A stretch of 64,000 bases of DNA from an uncultured Candidatus Saccharibacteria bacterium (GCA_964473815.1 CAYYQK010000001.1:881-64880); one strand, 5' to 3'. Shown: positions 9,022 through 18,100, counted from the stretch's first letter. A program made the numbers and translations. The notes: a model not told the origin generated them from the letters alone.

Positions 9022-9750
9022 ATGCTAATCAAAGACTTAATGACCACAAAGGTCCTTACCGTAGACCCTGAAACAAAAGTACCAGTAGTAGCCAAAATTT
9101 TGCACGATAACCATTTTACCGGAGTCCCGGTTGTTCAAGATGGTCGCGTAATTGGCACAATCTCGGAGAGCGATTTCATTTCAGCAAACTCTGATTTGTA
9201 TTTGCCAACTTACATCACCATGCTCTCAAGCATGGAATATGTGCAGGGTGCTAAAAAGAATGTACCTGACGTGGTGAATAAAATTATCAACGCGACTGCT
9301 AAAGATATTATGAATCAGGATGTGCCGTTTGCTAAGCCAGATATGACATTAGAGCAGGTAGCCAAACTCTTTGCCGAGAAAAGTGTGAATCCAATTCCAG
9401 TAACTGACAACGAAAATAAGCTGTTAGGAATAGTTTCCCGCAGTGACATGATTAAATTTTTCACTCCATCGGGCGTGAAGGATTTTTATGTTGATGAAAA
9501 AGCCCCCGTAGAAAATCCACACCCAAAATTAGAGCGTGATATTGATGCGCAAGTGGTTTCGGCGCAAGAAGAGTTTGCCTCTCAATTTGCGTATGTGGCA
9601 AAAGCCCGGGCGAATATTTGGGTAACTGCTGCAATCGTCTTATTTATTGTTGGATTTATTGGCGGGATTATTTATGTTGCTGATCCAAACATTTTTAGTA
9701 ACAGCAGTAGTAATTCGGAGAATTTTTACAAAACCCAAGCTGCACCATAA
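9022..9750 (+). CDS. CBS-pair domain protein with C-terminal TM helix
   Basis: Two CBS repeats (GVPVV...GTISESD; PIPVTD...GIVSRSD); hydrophobic segment near the C-terminus. Confidence 0.85.
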   Translation: MLIKDLMTTKVLTVDPETKVPVVAKILHDNHFTGVPVVQDGRVIGTISESDFISANSDLYLPTYITMLSSMEYVQGAKKNVPDVVNKIINATAKDIMNQDVPFAKPDMTLEQVAKLFAEKSVNPIPVTDNENKLLGIVSRSDMIKFFTPSGVKDFYVDEKAPVENPHPKLERDIDAQVVSAQEEFASQFAYVAKARANIWVTAAIVLFIVGFIGGIIYVADPNIFSNSSSNSENFYKTQAAP

Positions 9751-10487
9751 TGCCTAAAGAGCGTAGTAGAGAGCGCAGCATTGATGCGTTTATATTTAAA
9801 CGAACCGATTTTGGCGAAGCTGATCAAATAGTCACTTTATTTTCCCGCGAAGAAGGGAAAGTGCGGGCGCTGGTTAAGGCTGCAAAAATGCCGACTAGTA
9901 AATTGCAGCCATTTTTGCAGCCCGTATTCCAGAGCAAAGTTACGGTTACCGGCCAAAAGGAAAGTTCTGGGTTAGGCAAGGTTATTGCTGTACAGCCGCT
10001 CCGTGCGTACGCTGGTATTTTGGACGATGAAGCCAAGCTCCGCGCGTGGTATGTAGTTTCTGAACTTCTCCTGCGCGCGTTACCAGATGGCGCCCCAAAC
10101 GAAATTCTTTTTGCAGAACTCGAACAGTACGCACAATTTTTGGATCAACAGCAATTAAATTCAGAACAAACCAAACAAAGTTTAGCTCAGTTCCAAATTA
10201 AGGCAATGGCTGCCCTTGGATTAGGTATTCGCACAGCTAAGAATCAACAGGAAGTATTTTTCAGTTTAGATCAAGGTGGGTTCGTTCCAGCTGAAAACAA
10301 AAACGGTCTGGACGCTGTCCCGGTTAAGCCGGAAACTTTTCAATCTTTCCAGAATTTGGCCCAAGGGAGTTATCAGCAGGCCTCAGAACAAACTACCGCT
10401 GAAAACGAACCATTGTTTGGCTTAATTAACCGCTTTGTGGCGCATCAATTAGAACGGGAAATAAAATCTGTCCGTCTTTTGATATAA
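9750..10487 (+). CDS. recO: DNA repair protein RecO
   Basis: DFGEADQIVTLFSREEGKV OB-fold start; C-terminal EIKS. Confidence 0.9.
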   Translation: MPKERSRERSIDAFIFKRTDFGEADQIVTLFSREEGKVRALVKAAKMPTSKLQPFLQPVFQSKVTVTGQKESSGLGKVIAVQPLRAYAGILDDEAKLRAWYVVSELLLRALPDGAPNEILFAELEQYAQFLDQQQLNSEQTKQSLAQFQIKAMAALGLGIRTAKNQQEVFFSLDQGGFVPAENKNGLDAVPVKPETFQSFQNLAQGSYQQASEQTTAENEPLFGLINRFVAHQLEREIKSVRLLI

Positions 10488-10523
10488 TAATAGAGTTAAT
10501 TCTCGTAAAGAAACAAAAACTAT

Positions 10524-12335
10524 ATGGCTGAATTTAAGCCACAATCCGTACCTGATCCGTTGCCAGAGCCAGGCGGAAGGCGCAGCAAAGGAATCTACAA
10601 TTCAGGGCCTACATTCGAAGAACCACAAGGCCGATTCAAACAATTTTACTCAAACAATAAATGGTATGTTTGGGCTATTGTTGTTGGTGTAATTATTATT
10701 GGCGTGTTGAGTTACTTTGCTTTTCATAAACGGGCTGCTGAACCAACCAAAGACGCAAATGTTGTGATGACCATTGATGCAGCGGATACTGCATCTGTTG
10801 ATGGCGAAATCATTTATAAAGTTCAGATTGAAAATCATGACCCCTCAAAACTTGTGGACATGGGATTGGAAACAATATATGACAGCGGCCTAAATTATAT
10901 TTCTAGTGTGCCGAATTCAAGTGATGGGGGCGGCTCAAATTTTCCTGTTCCTGATCTATCAAACGGAGAAAATGCTGTAGTAATGATCAAAGTTAAGGCT
11001 ACAGGTGATCTAAATGAAGATAAACACTTTACAGCCAGGCTCCACTATAAATTTAATAATTTTAATTCCGAATTTACTGCTGAAGCTTCCCACACAACGC
11101 GGCTAGTTGCTGCAGACATTGTCTTGGATGTGACAGGACCTGAAAAAATAAACAATTCCGCTGCAGCTAACTATGACGTCTACTACCGAAATGACTCTAA
11201 TAAAACTATTAAGGATGCGCGTATTCAAGTGACCTTCCCTAGCGAGTTCCATTTAGACAACAGCAACCCACAGGCCACAGTTGGCAATAATATTTGGAAT
11301 GTAAAGGACTTAAAACAAAACGATTCAGGTAAAATTTCGTTTAGCGGTAATTTCAGTAGTGCGCACTCGGGGCAATCTGCTATATTCAAGATTGAATTTT
11401 TAGCCCTTGCAGACAATAATGCTTACTTTACTCAAGCCAGTACAACTTACATGACGACAATAGAGTCGCTACCTTTGGCAGTTGAGCAAAGTTTGTCTAA
11501 CGAGGCTAAGGATGGAGTGGTTGATCCAGGAAATGCGATTCAATATGAAGTTAAATTCCAAAATAATACTCAAGTTGCAGCCACTGGTGTGAATGTTGTT
11601 GTGGAAGTAGATTCAAAGGCAGTGGATTCCAACTCTATAAAAGCCGAAACTGGTTTGGTACAGGGAAATACTATCACTTGGAATGCCTCTAGCGTTAGTC
11701 AGTTGGAAAAACTTCAACCAGGTCAATACGGAACGGTGCGGTTTGCACTGCAGGTTAAAAATCCGGCTGTGAGCGATAATTCGGAAAACATTACTGTGGT
11801 GACTAAATCTAAAATTCGCTCTGACCAAAACGCTTTCCTAGATGGCAACGTTCTTACTTTAAAAATTTCTAGCCCTTCCAGTATTGAAAAAGGATTAACT
11901 TCGGTTTCCGGATCAATTCCACCAAAAGTAGGGCAAACAACCGTGTTGCAGGAAAGTATTTCCCTGAAGAATGGTAGCAATGATTACCGTGACGGTTTGC
12001 TAATTGGCTTCATCCCGCTCGGCGCCACATTAGATAAAAGTTCAATTAGCTCATCTGAAACTGCCAATGTTAAATATGATGCTACTACAGGCAAATTAAC
12101 CTGGAATGTAGGACAGTTGTCTGCTCACAGCGGCAGCACGTCACCACTACGGACTTTGAAGTTTAACGTGAGTATTACACCTAGTAGTAATCAGGTTGGT
12201 CAACAAATGTCTTTGTTCAAAAATATAACCTTCACTGCCAAAGATACTTTTACAGGACAAAATATTTCTCTAAATACACAAGAGCTTAGCACTGATTATC
12301 TTGCTGGCGACGGAAATGGTCGGGTAGTAGAGTAA
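10524..12335 (+). CDS. Membrane-anchored Ig-like repeat (DUF11-type) surface protein
   Basis: One N-terminal TM; repeated Y-x-V/I-x-x-x-N ... W-x-V/L beta-sandwich units. Confidence 0.75.
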   Translation: MAEFKPQSVPDPLPEPGGRRSKGIYNSGPTFEEPQGRFKQFYSNNKWYVWAIVVGVIIIGVLSYFAFHKRAAEPTKDANVVMTIDAADTASVDGEIIYKVQIENHDPSKLVDMGLETIYDSGLNYISSVPNSSDGGGSNFPVPDLSNGENAVVMIKVKATGDLNEDKHFTARLHYKFNNFNSEFTAEASHTTRLVAADIVLDVTGPEKINNSAAANYDVYYRNDSNKTIKDARIQVTFPSEFHLDNSNPQATVGNNIWNVKDLKQNDSGKISFSGNFSSAHSGQSAIFKIEFLALADNNAYFTQASTTYMTTIESLPLAVEQSLSNEAKDGVVDPGNAIQYEVKFQNNTQVAATGVNVVVEVDSKAVDSNSIKAETGLVQGNTITWNASSVSQLEKLQPGQYGTVRFALQVKNPAVSDNSENITVVTKSKIRSDQNAFLDGNVLTLKISSPSSIEKGLTSVSGSIPPKVGQTTVLQESISLKNGSNDYRDGLLIGFIPLGATLDKSSISSSETANVKYDATTGKLTWNVGQLSAHSGSTSPLRTLKFNVSITPSSNQVGQQMSLFKNITFTAKDTFTGQNISLNTQELSTDYLAGDGNGRVVE

Positions 12336-12354
12336 TTTGATAGAAAGAAATAAC

Positions 12355-12381
12355 AAAAGCCGGCGCATTAGCGCCGGCTTT
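12355..12381. terminator. Bidirectional terminator closing tRNA-like transcript copy 2
   Basis: AAAAGCCGGCGC-ATTA-GCGCCGGCTTT. Confidence 0.85.
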
Positions 12382-12472
12382 CTCGTCTAAGTTGGGTGCA
12401 AGTTGTGTACCCAGTGGACGAGCCACTGTCAACGTAAGTATATTTTAGGATACATTTGGTCCCATGTCAATG

Positions 12473-12548
12473 TGGTGGACGGCTCGGGACTTGCACCCGA
12501 ATTTCACCGTTGACAGTGGCGTGTCCTAACTACTTAGACGAGCCGCCC
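12473..12548 (-). tRNA. Atypical tRNA with Asp anticodon (GUC) and G3.U70/A73
   Basis: 76-nt cloverleaf GGGCGGC..GCCGTCC-ACCA; loop CTGTCAA; A31.C39 mismatch; D-loop lacks GG; T-loop TGCAAGT. Confidence 0.8.
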
Positions 12549-12557
12549 ATGACTTTC

Positions 12558-12602
12558 ATCATTACATAACACTGATAAAGTCTCGTTAAATAAAAACCAA
12601 AA
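12558..12602 (-). promoter_or_regulatory. Conserved upstream element shared with 4102-4146
   Basis: ATCATTACATAACACTGATAAAGTC-N9-AAAAACCAAAA on the plus strand. Confidence 0.75.
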
Positions 12603-12650
12603 CTTTTCTAAAATCTTCAGAAAAGTTTTAGAAAAACTTTATCATGTAAC

Positions 12651-12675
12651 AAAAAGCCGCACAGATGTGCGGCTT
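12651..12675 (-). terminator. Terminator of the LysM-CHAP gene
   Basis: AAGCCGCAC/GTGCGGCTT stem with an A-tract. Confidence 0.8.
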
Positions 12676-12691
12676 AATTTTTATCTTTATT

Positions 12692-13843
12692 CTATGGGTG
12701 AATGATCGCTACGATGCTACCACTATTCGGACTGATTACACGATGAGTAATTTTCCATGGACCAGCATAGTTCATTTCACTGGTGTGCATGTTACCGTTA
12801 GCATCTACGCTATCAATATAGAGCACGTGGCCATAACGGCTTTCGTTAGTTTGGAGAATTGCACCTGCAGCCGGAGTTTTGTTAACTGTTGCGCCAGCAG
12901 CACGAGCATTACGAGCCCAGTCGCGGGCATTACCACGCCAGTATACGCTTACACGGCTAGCAACATAATAAGTACATTGCCCAGGAACGAATTTGTTAGT
13001 CCCTTTGAAGTTTGCCTTTTGAATAGATGGCTTAGTACTCTTTGTTGCAGGTTTCGATCCAGGTGTGCTTGGAGCAGCTGGTTTTTGGGTTACTTCAGGA
13101 ACAACACCACCAGGAATTACTAAGTAGTCACCCATGGAAAGTTCTGAATCAGGACCATCTAGACCATTGTAAGAAACAATTTGGTCTAAGTTAGCATGAT
13201 ACTTTTGGGAAATGTCGTAAATAGAAAGGTCTGGATTGCTTACTTCAATCACAATACCGTCAACTGGAGGGATAACCAGATACCAACCGGCTTTCAAAGC
13301 ATTGTCTGGCAAACCATTAGTGTCGCGAATAGTTTTTGGAGTTAATTTAAATTGAGCTGCAACGGTGTAAACAGTATCAAAGGGTTTGGTCTCGTAAATT
13401 TGGACCTGGCGCGAAACCAATTTTTGTACTGCGTTAGGATTGGCTTTAGTAATACCGTTGTCTTCAATGCCATCTTCGGTGCTTTCAGGTTCTGCAGTGT
13501 CTGTAGCACCTAAAACTGAACCAGTGTTATCAGCAAAAGCTTGGCTAATAAAACCGTTACCATTGCTAACCGTTGTGCTAACCATATTGTGCTTCAAAGC
13601 TAATTGGTTATTTAAGTTAGTGTGATAACGGAGCAGGTAAGCTGCTAAGCTTTTATCTTGTTGATTATATTCGGATTTAAATGGATTAAACACCACTACG
13701 TTTACCGCAGCAACAATAATCACTAAAATAGCCACCAAAATCTCGCTGGAGAAGTTGAGGCCATATTCAAGAGGAGTTAATTTGTGATTTAAACGCACAG
13801 CTGGGAAGTGTTTGGTATACCATTGAGAGATAAACGGAGACAC
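12692..13843 (-). CDS. LysM-LysM-CHAP peptidoglycan hydrolase (true start possibly ATT at 13948)
   Basis: TM, two LysM repeats, CHAP domain GQCTYYV...GNARDW...YGHV...SEMNY. Confidence 0.9.
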   Translation of the reverse strand: MSPFISQWYTKHFPAVRLNHKLTPLEYGLNFSSEILVAILVIIVAAVNVVVFNPFKSEYNQQDKSLAAYLLRYHTNLNNQLALKHNMVSTTVSNGNGFISQAFADNTGSVLGATDTAEPESTEDGIEDNGITKANPNAVQKLVSRQVQIYETKPFDTVYTVAAQFKLTPKTIRDTNGLPDNALKAGWYLVIPPVDGIVIEVSNPDLSIYDISQKYHANLDQIVSYNGLDGPDSELSMGDYLVIPGGVVPEVTQKPAAPSTPGSKPATKSTKPSIQKANFKGTNKFVPGQCTYYVASRVSVYWRGNARDWARNARAAGATVNKTPAAGAILQTNESRYGHVLYIDSVDANGNMHTSEMNYAGPWKITHRVISPNSGSIVAIIHP

Positions 13844-14209
13844 TTTTTTGATGCTGGCGAGAACTTTTTTAGCAAAATACTGACCTATAAAATGATAGGT
13901 TTTTGCTTTCTGGACGATATGCTTTGATAGGGTTTTTTTGGATTGAATAAATTAACCTTTTCGCCAATAAATGGCGAAAACCGTTTTTTCGATCAGTATT
14001 TACCAGTCACTTAGAGTTACTGTATCCCTGCCCAATACCACCAAAAATTCGGCTTATTTCAGATGAATGAAATATGAAATTAGTTTTGCTCCTTTTACAT
14101 TAACAGACCTGGGAGGGGGATTCAAGTATTTGGGGTGGACAACTACGATTTACCCCTATTTTAAGCCTTAAAAAATGTCTTTTTCGCTTATTTATGCGCT
14201 TTTTAGGTG

Positions 14210-14314
14210 TTGGCCGTCAAAAGCATTGGTTCGTCGACTAGGGCAGCTACGAATTGCTTTACAGCAATTCTGGGCAGCCGATAGTCTCCTCCACCAATAT
14301 CTTTTTCCGGCCAA
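14210..14314 (-). other. Long imperfect RNA hairpin (~105 nt)
   Basis: Nested stems TTGGCCG, ATTGGT, GACTA, GGCTGC and GAATTGCT around a GTAA loop. Confidence 0.55.
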
Positions 14315-14341
14315 ATCCACAATGCTATAATAAGAGTAAAG

Positions 14342-16516
14342 ATGAATTTAAAAAGCTTAAACCAGCGTCAATTAGAAGCAGTGACGGCCCCGTTAGGGCC
14401 GGTTTTAGTATTGGCTGGCGCTGGAAGTGGAAAAACGCGTGTCTTAACATACCGAATAGCGTATTTAATAGAGCAGGGTCTTATGGCACCAGAACAAATC
14501 TTAGCCGTGACCTTTACTAATAAAGCTGCAAAAGAAATGCAAACTCGCGTTATGTCTCTATTAACTGAAGCCGGTGCTGCCAAAAAAGCAGTCACTCAAC
14601 CAACTTTGGGAACTTTTCATTCCATTGGCGCTCGTTTGTTGCGTCGCGAAATAGCTCGCCTTGGTTACACTGCTCAATTTACAATTTTAGACAGTGATGA
14701 CACCCTGAAAGTCATTCGTGACATCTGCAAAGAGTTGGATATTCCCAAGCAGTACGCGCCAACGCTGTTCCGTGCCTATATTTCTAGTGCAAAAAACCTT
14801 CTTCAAACCCCAAATCAATTAAATGTTGGTTTAGAGGGCTATGTGCACGATTTAGTCAGCCAAGTTTACGTTAGATACCAGAATTTTATTTACAAACAGA
14901 ACAGCGTGGACTTCGACGATCTGCTCATGTTGCCGATTAAATTGTTTGAAGCGTTCCCAGAAGTGCTGCGGAAGTATCAAAATTTGTGGCAATATATTTT
15001 AGTTGATGAATATCAAGATACCAACCAAGCTCAGTACATGTTTTTGCACATGTTGGCCAAGTCACGCAATTTATTTGTGGTTGGTGATGATGCCCAGAGT
15101 ATTTACGGCTTTCGCGGCAGTAACATTGCAAATATTTTGAACTTTGAAAAAGATTTTGAAGATTCTTTAGTGATTAAGCTTGAACAAAATTACCGCTCAT
15201 CCAAGAATATTTTGGCTGCAGCGCAAAAAGTTATTGAACTGAATTCGGAACAAAAGCCGAAGACTTTGTGGACGGAAAATTCTGAGGGCGACAAAGTTGT
15301 TGTCGAAGAAGTTTTCGATGGTCGCGCTGAAGCGGTTTATGTGGCTCAAAAGATTGTTGATGCAGCGACGAAGGGAATTTCTGCTGGATCTGACGAAATT
15401 ACTTACGAAGACAATGAAGACTCTGGCGACGACTTCTATGACGAAGATTCTACTCAGGTTGAAAAGCCTTTCTCTATATTAGATCAGTTTTTGAACAAAC
15501 GACGTCCTGGTTTCCACAGCGCTGGTTCTTCTAGATATGGTGTGAGCGTACCGCAATTGCCAGCAGAACATGGGCCACTAAATCAGTTTGCGGTTCTATA
15601 TAGAACGCATGCGCAATCCCGTCAAATGGAAGAAGTGCTTATTGAAGCCGGGATTCCATATCAGATTGTCGGCGGCACCAAGTTCTACGAACGCAAAGAA
15701 ATAAAAGACGTGCTGGCGTATGTGCGTTTGGTTGTGAATCCAAAGGACTTGGTCAGCTTGGCGCGCGTGGTTAACGTACCTGCCCGCGGTATTGGCGAAA
15801 AATCTTACTCTATAATAAAGAATTTTATTTTAGATCGACCGACCGATGAAGACCGCGGTACTTTTATGGCTTCGTTACCGCACATCCCTTTACCCCCGAA
15901 GCAATCGCAATCTCTCATGAATTTTTATGACAGTATTTCCGTTGCTGCAGCTTTGCGAGAAGATGCGAATTTGTCTGACTTGCTGCGTGTGATCATCAAA
16001 ACCACCAAAATGGAAGAATATTTGCGGGACGGCACTGACATGGGCGAAACCCGCATTGAAAACGTAAAAGAATTGGCCAGTGTGACAGCGAAGTTTGATA
16101 ACCAGCCATGGAGCGAAGGTGTGGTCGACTTTTTGGAAGAAGTCGCCTTGATTACTGATATCGACACAGTTGAAAACGAAAAAAATAGTGTGACTTTGAT
16201 GACTTTGCACGCGGCTAAAGGTTTGGAGTTCGATACCGTGTTCTTTATTGGTTTGGAAGAAGGAATTTTGCCGCACACAAATACTTTGATGGATCCGGGC
16301 GAACTGGCCGAAGAAATCCGTTTGGCCTATGTTGGACTGACGCGCGCTCGCAAGCAACTTTACTTACTGTACGCGCAATCCCGTCAAATGTTCGGCAGCT
16401 TCCAGAGCAATCCACCCTCGCGCGTACTTCGCGCGCTTCCTGCCGAGGCAATCTCGCTCAAAGGCAACGCTGCTAATATTTTTAGCGACCAAGGAAATAT
16501 TTACGAGCCATTTTAG
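14342..16516 (+). CDS. pcrA: UvrD/PcrA ATP-dependent DNA helicase
   Basis: AGAGSGKT, DEYQDTN, VGDDAQSIY, LEQNYRS, HAAKGLEF and YVGLTRA motifs. Confidence 0.95.
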   Translation: MNLKSLNQRQLEAVTAPLGPVLVLAGAGSGKTRVLTYRIAYLIEQGLMAPEQILAVTFTNKAAKEMQTRVMSLLTEAGAAKKAVTQPTLGTFHSIGARLLRREIARLGYTAQFTILDSDDTLKVIRDICKELDIPKQYAPTLFRAYISSAKNLLQTPNQLNVGLEGYVHDLVSQVYVRYQNFIYKQNSVDFDDLLMLPIKLFEAFPEVLRKYQNLWQYILVDEYQDTNQAQYMFLHMLAKSRNLFVVGDDAQSIYGFRGSNIANILNFEKDFEDSLVIKLEQNYRSSKNILAAAQKVIELNSEQKPKTLWTENSEGDKVVVEEVFDGRAEAVYVAQKIVDAATKGISAGSDEITYEDNEDSGDDFYDEDSTQVEKPFSILDQFLNKRRPGFHSAGSSRYGVSVPQLPAEHGPLNQFAVLYRTHAQSRQMEEVLIEAGIPYQIVGGTKFYERKEIKDVLAYVRLVVNPKDLVSLARVVNVPARGIGEKSYSIIKNFILDRPTDEDRGTFMASLPHIPLPPKQSQSLMNFYDSISVAAALREDANLSDLLRVIIKTTKMEEYLRDGTDMGETRIENVKELASVTAKFDNQPWSEGVVDFLEEVALITDIDTVENEKNSVTLMTLHAAKGLEFDTVFFIGLEEGILPHTNTLMDPGELAEEIRLAYVGLTRARKQLYLLYAQSRQMFGSFQSNPPSRVLRALPAEAISLKGNAANIFSDQGNIYEPF

Positions 16517-16539
16517 TATTAATATATAGAGCACTATAA

Positions 16540-17379
16540 ATGACAGTAGAAACTCTTCAAAACTTACTCAAGCATTACAAACTGAACCCGAACAAAACTT
16601 ACGGCCAGCATTTTTTAATGGACGAAACTATTCTGGAAGACATGATCGACGAAGCTGGTGTAAAACCCGGTGATCACGTTTTGGAAGTCGGGCCCGGCAT
16701 CGGTAACCTCACCGAACGCTTACTTCAACACAAGGCACAACTTCTTTCTATAGAAAAAGATCCGCAGTTTTTGAACGTGCTTAAGACTTTAGAAAAAGAA
16801 CATAACACTAAAACTGAAAAAATATTTAACTACGAACTGACAGACATTCTTAGTTTTAATTTTTCGGAACGACTTAAAGACAAACCGTACAAAGTCATCG
16901 CTAACATTCCCTATTACATCACTGGAAAAATCGTGCAGTTATTTTTGAATGCACCGCACAAACCGCTGAGCTTAACATTGCTCATGCAAAAAGAAGTGGC
17001 GTACAACATCGCTGCTAAAGAAGGAGATATGAATTTGCTTGCGCTTTCAGTTCAACTTTTTGCTGATCCAAAAGTGATCTGTGTGGTTCCTTCACATAAA
17101 TTTTACCCTGCGCCAAAAGTTGATAGCGCAGTAATTCAAATCACGCTTCACAAAAAACCAAAGTATAAAATTTCTGACGAAAAGAAATTGTTCAGAATTC
17201 TGCACGCGTGTTTTTCCGGAAAAAGAAAACAACTACACAACACCCTGACCAACAATTTAAAACTCTCAAAAGAAACCGTGGCCGAAAGTTTGCAACAACT
17301 GAAAATTGATCCGGCACTAAGGCCACAACATTTAACCATTGAACAATGGTTGCAACTCACCGACAATCTTAAAATATAA
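16540..17379 (+). CDS. rsmA: 16S rRNA dimethyladenosine transferase KsgA
   Basis: GQHFL, EVGPGIG, ANIPYYIT and PAPKVDSA motifs. Confidence 0.96.
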   Translation: MTVETLQNLLKHYKLNPNKTYGQHFLMDETILEDMIDEAGVKPGDHVLEVGPGIGNLTERLLQHKAQLLSIEKDPQFLNVLKTLEKEHNTKTEKIFNYELTDILSFNFSERLKDKPYKVIANIPYYITGKIVQLFLNAPHKPLSLTLLMQKEVAYNIAAKEGDMNLLALSVQLFADPKVICVVPSHKFYPAPKVDSAVIQITLHKKPKYKISDEKKLFRILHACFSGKRKQLHNTLTNNLKLSKETVAESLQQLKIDPALRPQHLTIEQWLQLTDNLKI

Positions 17380-17393
17380 AACTCACACAAAAC

Positions 17394-17416
17394 AAAAACC
17401 GCTCGCGCGGTTTTTT
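17394..17416. terminator. Bidirectional terminator
   Basis: AAAAACCGC-TCGC-GCGGTTTTTT between convergent genes. Confidence 0.75.
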
Positions 17417-17428
17417 AATTTACAAATT

Positions 17429-18013
17429 TTACAAACTAACAGTGCTTCCAACTTTTATACTATTTTTTGCTGACCATCCAGATGGAACTTCTAACACTTG
17501 AGAAATTTCTGAAGGGGGATAGTAAACAGGTAAGTCGCCATCATTATTTGGAACTGGTGCGTTGGCTTGAACTCCAATTACCTTTCCATCTTTAATCCAA
17601 ATTATGTCGATAGAAAAATTCATGTCTTTCATCCAGAATCCTGGTTTGCGGAAATCGCTATTAGTAAAATCAAACAGCATTCCTTTGCCATCATCCAGTT
17701 TGTCGCGGCCTGACAATCCTTGCTCGCGTGTGGCATCGTTGTCAGCAACTTCAACATTCAAATCTAAATCGTTAACTTTAATATTTTTAGTCGGCAAGTT
17801 AACTGTTTCAGCGCCAGCAACCTGGCCCTGATCATCAGAATTTGTATTGCTGTTATTTTGCGCAGTTTGAGAATTAGAATTTTTATTTTGATCTTCAGCA
17901 GTAGATCTGGTGAGGGGATTATTAGCTTTGTTACAGCTTACACCGACTAGGGAAAGAGCAGGAATTGCAACGGAAATCAATAATAATTTTTTTACAGTGT
18001 TCTTTGGTTTCAT
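17429..18013 (-). CDS. DUF192-family lipoprotein
   Basis: Lipobox VGVSC; EVAD..REQGLSGR, GMLF, FWMKDM..IDIIW and VLEV motifs. Confidence 0.88.
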   Translation of the reverse strand: MKPKNTVKKLLLISVAIPALSLVGVSCNKANNPLTRSTAEDQNKNSNSQTAQNNSNTNSDDQGQVAGAETVNLPTKNIKVNDLDLNVEVADNDATREQGLSGRDKLDDGKGMLFDFTNSDFRKPGFWMKDMNFSIDIIWIKDGKVIGVQANAPVPNNDGDLPVYYPPSEISQVLEVPSGWSAKNSIKVGSTVSL

Positions 18014-18100
18014 GGACTTGCTTTTTTTCGTTAATTCTGCTATAATTATAGTACAAGTTTCGAAAAATCTGAAACAAAAATAAAAAAACAACTAAATACA

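Larger units (their letters stand above)
12355..12548 (-). ncRNA. tRNA plus antisense trailer, copy 2 (~195 nt)
   Basis: Trailer segments 12422-12434, 12394-12403 and 12382-12392 are perfect complements of tRNA segments 12508-12520, 12489-12498 and 12532-12542. Confidence 0.75.

Noticed and set aside
12382-12434. tRNA fragment as an att-site scar of an integrated element
   Set aside because: Att duplications are direct repeats of the tRNA 3' end. These blocks are inverted, internal and reordered, and no integrase is adjacent.
13950-14200. c-di-AMP or other riboswitch ahead of the cell-wall hydrolase
   Set aside because: Could not match the conserved ydaO or other riboswitch motifs by eye.
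15371-15570. Intein in PcrA
   Set aside because: No N-terminal Cys/Ser block A or C-terminal His-Asn motif; low-complexity composition.
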